Assembly (NCBI RefSeq): GCF_009914755.1
Contig: NC_060925.1
Source of the DNA: the human T2T-CHM13v2.0 reference genome, Homo sapiens
DNA: 64,000 bases
Direction: 5' to 3' (one strand)
Part shown: one piece after another, positions 15,548 to 30,646 of the stretch
Numbering within the stretch: the first letter of the stretch is position 1
How the letters are laid out: each line of letters starts with the position of its first letter
The notes under the pieces: generated by a model
What the model saw: only the letters and a program-made list of their open reading frames with translations
Databases searched by the model: none
What the model was told of the DNA's origin: nothing
Program-made: the position numbers and the translations under genes

Positions 15548-15813
15548 GGCCTGGTGCGGTGGCTCACGCCTATAATCCCAGCACTTTGGGAGGCCGAGGC
15601 AGGTGGATCACCTGAGGTCAGGAATTCGAGACCAGCCTGACCAACATGGAGAAACCTTGTCTCTACTAAAAATACAAAATTAGCCGGGCATGATGGTGCA
15701 TGCCTGTAATCCCAGCTACTCGGGAGGCTAAGGCAGGTGAATTGCTTGAACCCAGGAGGCGGAGGTTGCGGTGAGCCATTGCACTCCAGCCTAGGCAACA
15801 AGAGCAAAACTCT
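15548..15813 (+). mobile_element. AluSp-like element without a poly-A tail
   Basis: Diagnostic accaacatggagaaac and caacaagagcaaaactc; short right-arm deletion. Confidence 0.88.
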
Positions 15814-15929
15814 CCCAGAGTGTGCAGCCATTGATGTCTCTGATCAGTTTTTAATTTTTTGTTTTCTCCTTGGAGAAGTGATTGAGGGCTCCTTAGGCTT
15901 TCCCCTGCACCAGCATAGGTTATTGGTAA

Positions 15930-16322
<393 letters not shown>

Positions 16323-16342
16323 TATCTTTTTATTTTTATTAT

Positions 16343-16639
16343 AGATGGGCTATCACTATGTTGCCCAGGCTGGAGTGCAATGGCTATTTACAGGCACAAT
16401 CCTGCTATTAATCAGCATCAGATCTTTGACTTGCTCTATTTTCAACTTGGGCTGATTTATCCATCCTGAGATAACCTGGTGGTTCTCTCCTTCCAGGAAG
16501 TTACCATATTGATGCCAAGCTTAGTGCAGACACCTGATCAGCGTAGCACACTGCAGCCCCAAATTTCTGGACTTAAACAATCCTCCCACTTCAACCTTCC
16601 AAGTAGCTAGGACTACAGGTGCATGCTACCACACCCAGT
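16343..16639 (-). pseudogene. RN7SL: 7SL (SRP RNA) retropseudogene, possibly RN7SL392P
   Basis: Antisense of full-length 7SL including the S domain that Alus lack (aacctggtggt...ttaccatattgatgccaagcttagtgcagacacctgatcagcgtagcacactgcagccc); T-rich tail remnant at ~16325-16342; most CpGs decayed. The numbered symbol is from memory only. Confidence 0.92.
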
Positions 16640-16734
16640 CTCATACGGTATTTTTAGAGGAATTACTAAAAAATAAAGCAAATAAATATAGCTATCAAGT
16701 CAGAAGAGGAATTAAAATAAAAGAATAAATTTTT

Positions 16735-17193
16735 CATTATTCAGCTCCCACTATAAGTGAGAATATGAGGTGTTTGGTTTTCTGTTGCTGTGTGAATTTG
16801 CTGAGGATTATGGCTTCCAGCTCCATCCATGTCCCTGCAAAGGACATGATCTCAATCCTTTTCATGGCTGCATAGTATTCCATGGTATATATGTACTATA
16901 TTTTCTTTATCCAGTTTATCATTGATGGGCATTTGGGTTGATATCATGTCTTTGTTATTGTGAATAGTGCTACAATGAACATACACGTGCACACAGGTAG
17001 GGGAACAACACACACTGAGCCTGTTGGAGGGTGCAGTTGGGGGAGGGAGAGCATTAAGAAAAATAGCTAATGCATGCTGGGCTTAATACTTAGGTGGTGG
17101 GTTAATAGGTGCAGCACACCACCATGGCACATGTTTACCTATGTAACAAGCCTGCACGTCCTGCATGTGTACCCTAGAACTTAAAATTAAATA
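16735..17193 (+). mobile_element. 5'-inverted (twin-primed) L1PA insertion
   Basis: 16735-~16990 is antisense L1 ORF2-end/3' UTR, ~16991-17193 is the sense L1PA terminus with A tail; TSD aataaattttt at 16724-16734 and 17194-17204. Confidence 0.85.
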
Positions 17194-18039
17194 AATAAAT
17201 TTTTAGCACAAAAAAGAGTAAAGGAGGAACATAGGAGCAACAAGAACAAAAAGACGAGAGGAATAGAAAAACAGCAAAATGGCCTAACTTTTCTAGCACT
17301 TGATGGTTATGTTTAGTGTGAATGTCCTAAATATTCTAATCAAAAGTCAGGTATTGTCAGACTGGACAAAAAAGCAAGATTCAGTATTTGGTTTTTACTT
17401 GAGATGTGCTTTAAATTCAAAGACACAAATCTCGTCCAGTGAATTTCTTACTTTGGATAATCTCTAGAAGTTCCATTTGGGTCTTTTTCACACTTTCAAA
17501 TTCTCTTCTCATTATGGCTATATTTTCTTCTACCTTTTGAACATATGGAGTGGTTTTAATATTCTTATGCACTAGTTTCATCATTGATATCATTTTTGCA
17601 TCAGTTTCTAAGGATTGGTTTTTGTCTATGTTTTGGGATATTATTTTACTGCTTCTTTGCATTCTCATGGTTATTTATTTTTTTCTCAGATACTGGACAT
17701 TGTCAATTTATGTCGCTGGTGGCTAGATTTTCTTGTATTCTTTTAATAATGTCATACTTTTTTCTGGTATGCAGTTATTTGGATAACAGTTGGATCCTTT
17801 CAAGCTTGCTTTTAAGCTTTGTGGTTTTGGGTCCACAGCAGCCTCTAGTAAGGTTTTATGCTGACTATTAAGATGTTTTACTTCTTAGTTTCCTACTGAT
17901 GCTGCATATATCATGAGACCTGTTCACTCTGACTTGTGGAAGCAAGAACATTTCTCAGTCCTATATGAGATCCAGGAATTCTTCTGCCTACTCCCTTCTG
18001 GTAGGTCTTTCCCTGACCTCAGGTTAATTCTCTCTCACT

Positions 18040-18171
18040 CCCACTTATGCCTAGTGTTCCATTAATGGAACGCTAAGCATGTGGGAGTTATTTATATCCT
18101 ACTGCTCAATGTCATCGCCAAGGTTTGATTTTTCAAATACAAAAAAAATTGCAACCTCAGGTATAAATGGG
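18040..18171. mobile_element. MER85 MITE (piggyBac PGBD3-derived)
   Basis: 13-bp TIRs CCCACTTATGCCT (18040-18052) and AGGTATAAATGGG (18159-18171), TTAA at 18172-18175, internal palindrome GTTCCATTAATGGAAC and core ctaagcatgtgggagttatttatatcctactgctcaa..gtcatcgccaagg. Confidence 0.92.
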
Positions 18172-18673
18172 TTAAATAGATCATTCTGCAGATCCCCAGA
18201 TCTCTCCTGTATAGCTCCCTCCTCTACACTACTCTGCTCTGTAAATTGTGGCTGCCTTGTTCTCCCCAAACACCAATCTGCTTTCTTCATTACTACTGGA
18301 TTTTGTTTGGGGTTCAGTTTTTCAGTGCTACTGCCTGAAAACTCCCTTCAGGGGGTAAGCTGGTGCAATTACAGAGCTCACCTGGTTTGTTTTCCTTCAC
18401 TCACACACTACAGTCCTGCTCTGCCTATTGTCCAATTTCCAAAAACCATTGTTTCATGTATTTTTCCAGTTATCAAGTTGTTGAGGCAGAAGAGTAAATT
18501 TGCTGTCTGTTCTAACATGTTGGCCAGAAGCAGGAGTTTCAGTTCTTTTGTTTTCTAAAAATACTTTTATAATATTTTTAAATTTGGGGTATTTTAAGAT
18601 TATTTTAAATGCACAGTAAATAATACTGTAAGTTGGGGTTGTTTTTTGGTAATTTTTTCTCCATTCAAAGTAC

Positions 18674-20662
<1,989 letters not shown>

Positions 20663-22246
20663 TATTCATCTCAAAGTTTACTTAAAAAATTCATCTTCAT
20701 TGGTCTAACTACAATTCATTCATTTTGCTGCTGTATAATCTTCCATTGTGCAAATACACCAAAACTTACTTATCCTTTCTTTTGTCCATGTTTGGATTAT
20801 TTTAATTTTGTGCTATCATGAACAAAGATTAGTGCTATTAGGAGTATTTTATATATGTCTCCTAGTAGGCTTATTTAAGAATTTATCTAGGTTATATACC
20901 ATGAGTGAAATTACTGGGTTTTAAGGTAGACAATGTTCATTTTTTAGGATAATGCCCCCCCACCACCCTCCCCCTGCTTTTCATTTTTTAATGTACTAGG
21001 CTACTTTTGCTTTCTCAAACTCTTCCTTTACTAGCTCAGGACCTGTGCACAAACCGTTTCCTTTACTTGAAACACTTTTCTCACTTGCCATTTACAAAGC
21101 TTGTCTTTTGCATTCTTTAGGTATCAGCCTAATATCATATCCACAGAGAGGCCTTCTCTACTTACCCACCTGAAAGCAGATTGCCTTACTTTATTCTTCA
21201 TCATAGCACCCAGTTCATTTACAGCCTCTGTCTCTCACCAGGCTATAAGGCTCAGGAGTGTAGGAACAGTGGCTATCTTGTTGAACATTGTTTATCTAGC
21301 GTCTAGCTCAATGCCTGGGATGCGGTAGGCATTTAAGAATATGTTTTCTGGATGAGTGAATACATAAGCAAACTAATAAAAGACATTACTATCTTCATTT
21401 TACAAATAAGGATATTGAGGTTCAGGAAGGGTTGTATAACATAGCGACATGATACAGATAGTAGCTGAAGAAGCCAGGATTTGAATATAGGGTCTGTTTT
21501 TCAAGTCTTTGGATAACATAATTAAAGTAACAGAATTTTCCAATAGTTATAAAGGTGATCTCTCTGTTAGTTTCTGGAACCCCTTCAACATCTTGTGTTC
21601 CAGGACTTTGGGGAATTTTTTAAGCAGAAACTAACTAGAATTCATCCTTAGGCTATTGGGCATCTCTTATTGTAGCATGCTAAACATAGGCATTTTATAG
21701 ACTGTTGCCATATCACAGTAGGGTTTCTATGCAAGATGGAGAAGGGGAATACTTGGATATATTCCACAAATTAAACTCGGACTATTTCACAGACTTATTA
21801 TCAATCTTATCTTTGCCTTAAACATAAACTAGAATGAGTTATCATGAGTTTCTTGAGTATAGAAACCATGTCCTTACATCTTGGTGTCCCAGATGTCTAG
21901 CAGAGTATCTAACTTACAGTTGGGGCTCAAAACCTATCAGATGAGCGAAAAGTAGCAGAAACTGGATTATAAGGGGTGACACCATTTCACCTTAAAGGTA
22001 AAATAATGCAAATGAGATTATATGCACATGTATTTTATGTAATATATAAAAATGTATACATAGATATATGAATGAAGTAAAATGAGATAATAGCATATTC
22101 TGAAGACTATTTCAGAAATGAGCATTATAAATTATAGAAAAATTAAGTTACACAACAAACCAGCATATCCTGGGCATGAAGAGTATTAAAGTCATGGAAT
22201 TATTGGTAAAATTCTCCTATAAAGTAGAAATAAATACAACCACCTA

Positions 22247-22283
22247 CTACACACAGACACACACACACACTCACACACACACT
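22247..22283. repeat. Interrupted (CA)n microsatellite
   Basis: Visible run. Confidence 0.9.
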
Positions 22284-22384
22284 CCAAAAAGAATTCCAGC
22301 AAATGCAATTGTGGTAGAGACAAGAAAGCACAACTAAAATCTAAGTGATAGTATGTACCATTATGTTAGTTGTTATTATAGAAG

Positions 22385-22625
22385 GCTATGTGGCATCATG
22401 GCTAAAGACAGGGGGATGAGCATCAAACCTCGGTTCAAACCCAGCTCTGTCATTTTGTACTATCAGAACGTGGCAAATTACAACTCTGAGCTTCAGTTTT
22501 CTCATCTGTAAAGTAAGGACGATAACACTTACTTCATACTTTATCAGGAAGATCAAGTGAGACAATAGGAATGTTTAAAACGGTCGTAGGCACATGTTAG
22601 GTGCTCAGGAAATGAGTGTATTACT
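22385..22625. mobile_element. MIR SINE (one of many in the window)
   Basis: ggttcaaacccagctct...ctctgagcttcagttttctcatctgtaaa core. Confidence 0.75.
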
Positions 22626-24060
22626 ATTGTCATCATTTTCATCATCAGTATCATCATCGTATTGGCAATTTGAGCAACACATTCTAATGGTCATCTTGTG
22701 GAACTAGAGATCTATCATGTCTGTGACAGTAGAGAAAGTTTTTATTCTATATACTTGCCATTGCCTCCTTTTTCTGCTCAAACAATAGACCATTGTAAAG
22801 TACTTGGCCAACTGGATTGATTAACTGGTAACAGTTAATGCCAGATACATTGGAAATATAAATATTAATCCTACTCCAGGGGAGGAATACTAAGTCCTCA
22901 TGATTATGGAGCATAGAAGCTTTTGATCAACAATTAAAACAAACAAACAAACACAAAGGTTTGAGAGTGGGAGAATTACTCTCTTGCACAGTAGAGGATA
23001 GACCTGCAGCTGAATCCTTGAAGCCGGATATCTTTCTGAGCAGCAGTTTCTTGATTTATAAATTGGGAACATACTCACCGGTTAAGGTTTCTGTGAGGAC
23101 TAAATCAGATAATCTCTGCTAAATTACCTAACAGAGCACCCAGCACAAAGTGTACTAAAAAATAAAAAATAAAAAACGAAACAACAACAACAACAAAAAC
23201 AGTGGTGTACTCTTTCTTTCCCAAACTTTCTGAGTGTTCTAAAGACTTGGTAAATGGAAGCTAAAAAATCCTTTTTGAGAATAAGAGGCAGCTGGATGAG
23301 AGTGGGAGAGTTTTGTTGGAGGACTTAAAAGTCTTCCTGTTTTTACAAAACATGAATTAAGAAAATAATAAATAATGGAGCAGCAAAGGAAGAGGAATTA
23401 CTGAGTGCTCTCTCTTTGATTTTTCTTTGATTTCCACATCTTGTCTTCCTAACATACCTTCTTCTTAGGGTTGCATTGTAGTCTAGATGCTTTTAGAACA
23501 AAATGTTCAGGTAACACCACCATACAAATTAAGAATTGAGTATCAGAAGTAATGATAAAGATATCACACTGGCATACATCTTTAGTGGTTATGCATTTTT
23601 GTAAGGACTAATAAGTTCTGTGAAGCTTCATTTCTTCTTTCAACTCACAATTATTAAGAATCAGCTATGTATTAGGAACTGTGCTAGATGTTAGTAATAC
23701 AGAAAAACACTGTCAGTTCAAGTTGTTTGCATTCCAAATTCTTTCCTCTTACTCCCAACCCCACAAATGTGACTGCAAGAAAGAATATTTACACAAAGAT
23801 GAAACTCTTTCATCCTGATCTATGACCATTGTTAGCCTTTATAATGACAGGAAGTCAAAGGAGGATGATGCCAGAAAGCTACAAAGACAAAGCAGATAGA
23901 CCCATAAAGAAGAGGGAAGTAATTAATCGATGCAGTATAAATTTTAATTTTAGTTTCAGTATCTCCAGTGATTCTTTTAATCACTTCTAGGCAGTATCTG
24001 AAAAATCTGTTTTTAGTCTTTTTATTTATAAAAATTAAATCAGAAATATTAATTACTTCA

Positions 24061-24447
<387 letters not shown>

Positions 24448-24724
24448 TTACATGTTACATGTATATAAGGTGTATACTAATCTCATGCATAGATCCCACT
24501 GAATTTTCTTACATTAAAAATTCTCTTTGTTCCACCTTTTGTAGTTATTTTAAATTAACTTTCCTCACTGTATTATTTGCATTGTTTCATGCTACCCTAA
24601 GTCTCTTCGGAATCAAGGAAAAATAAATAGAAATATATGCCTTTGGCCATTACACTTAATGTGTTGAGGAAACAACCTCACTTTGGGTGTTCTCTCAGAA
24701 ACACAGATTCTCACAAGATTCTTT

Positions 24725-25930
24725 ATATATATATATAATTATACTTTAAGTTCTAGGGTACATGTGCCATGTTGGTGTGCTGCACCCATTAACTCGGCAT
24801 TTACATTAGGTATATCTCCTAATGCTATCCCTTCCCCCTCTCCCCACCCCACAACAGGCCCCAGTGTGTGATGTTCCCCTTCCTGTGTCCAAGTGTTCTC
24901 ACTGTTCAATTCCCACCTATGAGTGAGAGCATGTGGTGTTTGGTTTTCTCTCCTTGTGATAGTTTGCTGAGAATGATGGTTTCCAGCTTCATCTATGTCC
25001 CTACAAAGGACATGAACTCATCATTTTTTATGGCTGCATAGTATTCCATGGTGTATATGTGCCACATTTTCTTAATCCAGTCTATCATTGTTGGACCTTT
25101 GGGTTGGTTCCAAGTCTTTGCTATTGTGAGTAGTGCCACAATAAACATACATGTGCATGTGTCTTTATAGCAGCATGATTTATATTCCTTTGGGTATATA
25201 CCCAGTAATGGGATGGCTGGGTCAAATGGTATTTCTAGTTCTAGATCCTTGAGGAATTGCCACACTGTCTTCCACAATGGTTGAACTAGTTTACCCTCCC
25301 ACCAACAGTGTAAAAGTGTTCCTATTTCTCCACATCCTCTCCAGCACCTGTTATTTCCTGACTTTTTAGTGATCGCCATTCTAACTGGTGTGAGATGATA
25401 TCTCATTGTGGTTTTGATTTGCATTTCTCTGATGGCCAGTGATGATGAGCATTTGTTCATGTGTCTTTTGGCTGCATAAATGTCTTCTTTTGAGAAGTGT
25501 CTGTTCATATCCTTTGCCCACTTTTTGATGGGGTTGTTTGTTTTTTTCTTGTAAATTTGTTTGAGTTCTTTGTAGATTCTGGATATTAGCCCTTTGTCAG
25601 ATGAATAGATTGCAAAAATTTTCCCCCATTCTGTAGGTTGCCTGTTCATTCTGATGGTAGTTTCTTTTGCTGTGCAGAAGCTCTTTAGTTTAATTAGATC
25701 CCATTTGTCAATTTTGGCTTTTGTTGCCATTGCTTTTGGTGTTTTAGTCATGAAGTCCTTGCCCATGCCTATGTCCTGAATGGTATTGCCTAGGTTTTCT
25801 TCTAGGGTTTTCACGGTTTTAGGTCCAACATTTAAGTCTTTAATCCATCTTGAATTAATTTTTGTATAAAGTGTAAGGAGGGGATCCAGTTTCAGCTTTC
25901 TACATATGGCTAGACAGTTTTCCCAGCAAA
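24725..25930 (-). mobile_element. 5'-truncated L1PA (about PA3-PA5), 1.2 kb
   Basis: ORF 24993-25814 is the L1 ORF2 C-terminus ([19 protein letters not shown]...[17 protein letters not shown]); perfect 18-bp TSD attctcacaagattcttt at 24707-24724 and 25931-25948. Confidence 0.96.
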
Positions 25931-27545
25931 ATTCTCACAAGATTCTTTTACCAGTGACAGTTAAAAGATAATGATGGTGATAACAAATGCCAAATGTATA
26001 GGGTTTTAATTTATTTTCTTAATAAGGATAATAAGTCTGGTTATTTATTTGCAGTTGTAACCCACATTTCACAGCACTTTCCACCTAGTTACAAATAAAA
26101 GATCTATTAGTAATATTTATGAAATATATTAATATATTTATATCTAGAAAACATTGCAATTCATTTCTTCCAATCATTTTCTCACTATATGTAACCAGCA
26201 GGAGGGTAAAAGTTCAAAAAGCCCCCTGGAAGTCTTCCTTTTGGGATCGCTCCAGCGCATAGCATGAAACAATATAGCTACATAAATTATTAACACCACT
26301 TTAATCCTCCGATTAAAACTGCAGTGTGAAGCAGACTGTTTTCCTATGTAAGCCACACCATGGGAGCATGTTAAGCACCTTTAGATGTTATTCTAATTCT
26401 TCCAGCACTTAGCACAGAGCCACTGAGCACGATAGGCTCCATTATACATAGTTTATTTGCTGGGTTCAGATCATTTGCGTGCTATTTGATACACTAAATC
26501 ATTAATAGGTAAAGTGGGATTCATAGTCAGTTCAACTCAACAAACATTTGTGGAGCACCTACTATGTAATATGATCATGTCACTCCCATGCTTAAAATCT
26601 TTCAGTAATTCCCTATAGCTTTCAGGATAAAATCCAAGCTTCTTAATACAGAATAAGAGGCCCTACTTAATCCATCATAATGGCAGATATATGACATACA
26701 GACTCCCACTCCCCTCTTCTGCCCCCACAACAAAGGGAATCAATGTATCCCATCACTATTTCCCGCTGAGACTGGCCATGGCTTCAGAATCCTTCACAAC
26801 ACAATGTTCTAGACAGCCACCACCAATAGACAGGAGTGAAAATCTATTTGCTAGTCCTTTCTGATGATCTAGCATTCTAGAACTTCACCAAACACCATTT
26901 GCTCCAGTCACATAGAATGACATGTAGTTCCCTAAACATGCAAGACTTTTCACACTTATGTGCCTTTTGCATATGTTCTCTCTCCCTAGAATAATCTTCC
27001 TCCTTTTCCATGTTTAGGTAGCTCCCACTTATCCTGCATAATTCAGATGAAGCTTCAACTTCTCAGTCTGATCCCAATATCTTTCTTCTGTGCTCTTGAA
27101 ATACTTGGCACTTAGCATTTTTTTTTTACTGGACCATGATTATTAGTGGTTCATCCCTCTCCTTGACTAAAGTTAAATTATTTAAGAGTAAAGGATATGT
27201 CTTATTTTACCTTGTATCTCAGGAAGCCATTACAGACCCTAGCATACAGTAGGTATTTAATAAATGTCTAAGAATAAATGTTCTAGTCACTCTACTAGGT
27301 TCCAGGAACACCAAAAAGAATAATGCATAAAAACAGGTAACATTTATTATGAGCTCTAAGCATGTTACATGTATTTTCTTATTTAAACCTCACAGCACCT
27401 ACCCTTCAAGGTAGATTCTGCACTTGGAAGGACTATAATAGATACATGTTCAATATAAAGGGGTGGCACAAAAGAGAGAGTGATTAATGTGGTAGGGGAT
27501 GGAGGGACAAATGATCAGGGAAGCTTTCACTAAAGAAGTGGTATT

Positions 27546-27854
<309 letters not shown>

Positions 27855-28027
27855 TTAGGTTTGGAAGACAAAGAAAAGCACAGGAAACGGAGTGAAGGGA
27901 AAGATAGACTAGGCAGACAGAGGAGTGAAACAACACACATAGGAGTGAACCAAGATGACGTTTGGCCAGCAGGACCCAGTGCAAAATGAAGATGTGGTGA
28001 GAGGGAACATATGCAAAGGCATCTAAG

Positions 28028-28145
28028 TGAGATGGGGTCTCAACGTGTTGACCAGGCTGGTCTCAAAATCCTGGTCTCAAGCAATCCTTCCATCTCAGTG
28101 TCCCACAGTGCTGGGATTACAGGCATGAGCCACTGTGCCTGGCCA
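28028..28145 (-). mobile_element. FLAM/Alu left monomer
   Basis: Antisense monomer sequence. Confidence 0.8.
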
Positions 28146-29764
28146 GCATGAAGACCTGGGTTCTTTCATGCAATAATTAGTTCAAAATAGTTATAGCAGA
28201 GCATTAAATGAAATGGAGCCCTTCTGAGCTCAGCACCCTCTCAAACAGCATAGATTGCACACCCATGAAGCCAGACATGCTGGGTACCATAAATGCTTCA
28301 GTATTGTTGGAACAAGAAGTACCTGGAGAATAAGTACTTTATGAGACAGGAAATGACACCAGTGACGTCAGCAAAGGCCAGATGATATACTATGCTAAGT
28401 AGCCTGGACTTTGTCCCATAGTTAACAAGAAGCCATAGAAGGGATCTCAGCATTGATGCAACCTGATTGCATTAATTTGTAAGAGGATACTTCTGGCAGC
28501 CCTATGGAAAGTAGACTGGAGGGTAAGAGAGGAAAACAAGGGGACAGCATGGCAGCAGTGGCCATTATATGGGCCAGAGAGGCTCAAGCTTTGACCTTGG
28601 TCTTTTCAGTGGGGATATCCAAGAAAAGCAGTCTGAGAAATAAATAGAAGGTATGGCTTGCCGGCATTGACACTCAAGGTGCACGTGAGGGAAAAGGAAT
28701 AAATGAAAGGCGCAACCAAGCGTGTGGCATTCAGGAGAAAACTTTACCATTTTGCTTCAGCCTGCCGGACCAATTTAAAGTAGTACTTGATATAATTATT
28801 TAGCATCATTTTTGTCAGTGACATTCCCAGCCTAGAGAAGGCTAATGCACAAACAGCAAGGAATGAAGCCGTTGTGCAGATTTCCATTTCTGTAACTTCC
28901 ATAAGCAAAGAGGCACATGAACAGTCTATTTATTTATTTCTTGTTCTATTTCCAAAGAACAGTGGCTTTTGGGTCACTTGAGTTTTTCCTATGAAATGAA
29001 AAGAGATGATCCTTACACACTTCCAGTGGAATTTCTCAATTACCAAGCTATTCCCAGAAGCTTCTTGAATTCTCTTTGGTTTACTTGCACTATTTGAATG
29101 TGATCTCCAATATAATAAGGATAAAATTAAATAACACATTAGTTCATTAGTTCTTTGGAAGTTCAAACACCAATACTGGCTTCATTTATACAAAGACATT
29201 TATACAAAGACACCTAGATCCTTGGAGGCTGACAATAGTTCACACAACTAAATTACCTGTTCTTAACCCTCTAAAGGTACATTTTTCTGTTCAGTTGTTG
29301 AAGGTTCAGTCCATTTGTGGAAAGTGTCCTAATCATGCTAACTTCCCTTTCCCCTCTTTGCTCATAAAACTTAGGGAACTAGAATATCAACATACACAAA
29401 TTTAAATAGTCAAAGTATTGATCTGCTTATGACTCATAATCCCCTTCATTAAATAACAGTTTTTAAAAATGGGAACATAGTAGATTATTTTTCTGGTTCC
29501 AGGGATAACTGACACTTCAAACTTTTCTTTACTGTTCTAATTGTTCCTAAAGAAGACAGCAGTCATCTAACAAAATGCTAACAATGGGGTAGCTTGGTGT
29601 AGCTGAAAGATCATGAGCTTTCAAATCAGATGGATGAAGGTTGGTACAGGTGTGGACAAGTTATTGAACTCCTCTCACCTTCAGTTATCCTGGGTGTAAA
29701 TTGGGATTTTTATCTGCATTGTAAGGTTAACAGAGGACTGAGTGAGCTCAAAGATGTGTAAAAT

Positions 29765-30008
29765 GGTTGTCCCCAAGCAGATCTTCAGTGAAGTCAGGTT
29801 CCTGGGTAGCCTGTGTATGTCTTTGGTAAGCAAAATTAAATGATGCTTAATACCTTTATAACTTTTCCCTCAATTATAATTGGTTGGGTTGTCCCCAAGC
29901 AGATCTTCAGTGAAGTCAGTTTCCTGGGTAGCCTGTGTATGTCTTTGGTAAGCAAAATTAAATGATGCTTAACACCTTTATAACTTTTCCCTCAATTATA
30001 ATTGGTTG
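29765..30008. repeat. Tandem duplication, 2 x 122 bp
   Basis: Units 29765-29886 and 29887-30008 differ at two positions by my reading. Confidence 0.95.
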
Positions 30009-30599
30009 GTTGGCTTCTGAGGGTGAGTTTCTTCCCTTTGGGTATAAGCAAGTGAGAAGATCCTTCATGATCTCAGCTTCAGAACATGAAGTCCCTAGGC
30101 TGAAATCAGCTCTCCCAGGGTCAGATCCTGAGATGGCAACACCAGCTTTGGGAAACTCAGAATCTTCTTACAAACAAGTGGGGAGCTCTTACATTTCCTT
30201 CTTTCCACAAAATGCTTTTAGCTCTCATATTTAGTGCTTCAGTAATTTCCTCAGAAGTCTCTCCCACTCTCCCTGACCTCCTCACTTGATCATATCCCCT
30301 GCTATAAACTCTCATAGCAACCTGTAATTGTTTCTTTGTAGAACTTACCACAATTACAATTGAGCAATTAAGTCTGAAATTAGTTGTTTCAAGTACATCT
30401 CAATGTTAATTCCACTGGAAATCTGTCTTATTCAATACTGTAGACCCAGTACCTGGTGCACTCCCTTGCATATACTAGGTGCTTAACAACTATGTATAAC
30501 AAAATGAATGAATGGGGGGCTCTTATTAACTAATTTGGATAAACACATATATTATTCATACACATAATGATTTGGGTTACTTTGCTTGATTCACATGTG

Positions 30600-30646
30600 T
30601 AGTCTTCAAACTAAGGATTAGTCTTCAAACTAAGGATTAGTCTTCA
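30600..30646. repeat. 19-bp tandem repeat, about 2.5 copies
   Basis: tagtcttcaaactaaggat x2 + tagtcttca, perfect. Confidence 0.95.

Noticed and set aside
21672-21692. Additional p53-like site (tagcatgcta...)
   Set aside because: Only one imperfect half-site; no valid second decamer.
24993-25814. 273-aa ORF as a novel gene
   Set aside because: L1 ORF2 fragment inside a TSD-flanked truncated L1.
26122-26139. 18-bp AT-only palindrome aaatatattaatatattt
   Set aside because: Low-complexity sequence in an AT-rich context.
30600-30646. Repeat array as a CRISPR-like structure
   Set aside because: No spacers; a simple tandem repeat in human DNA.
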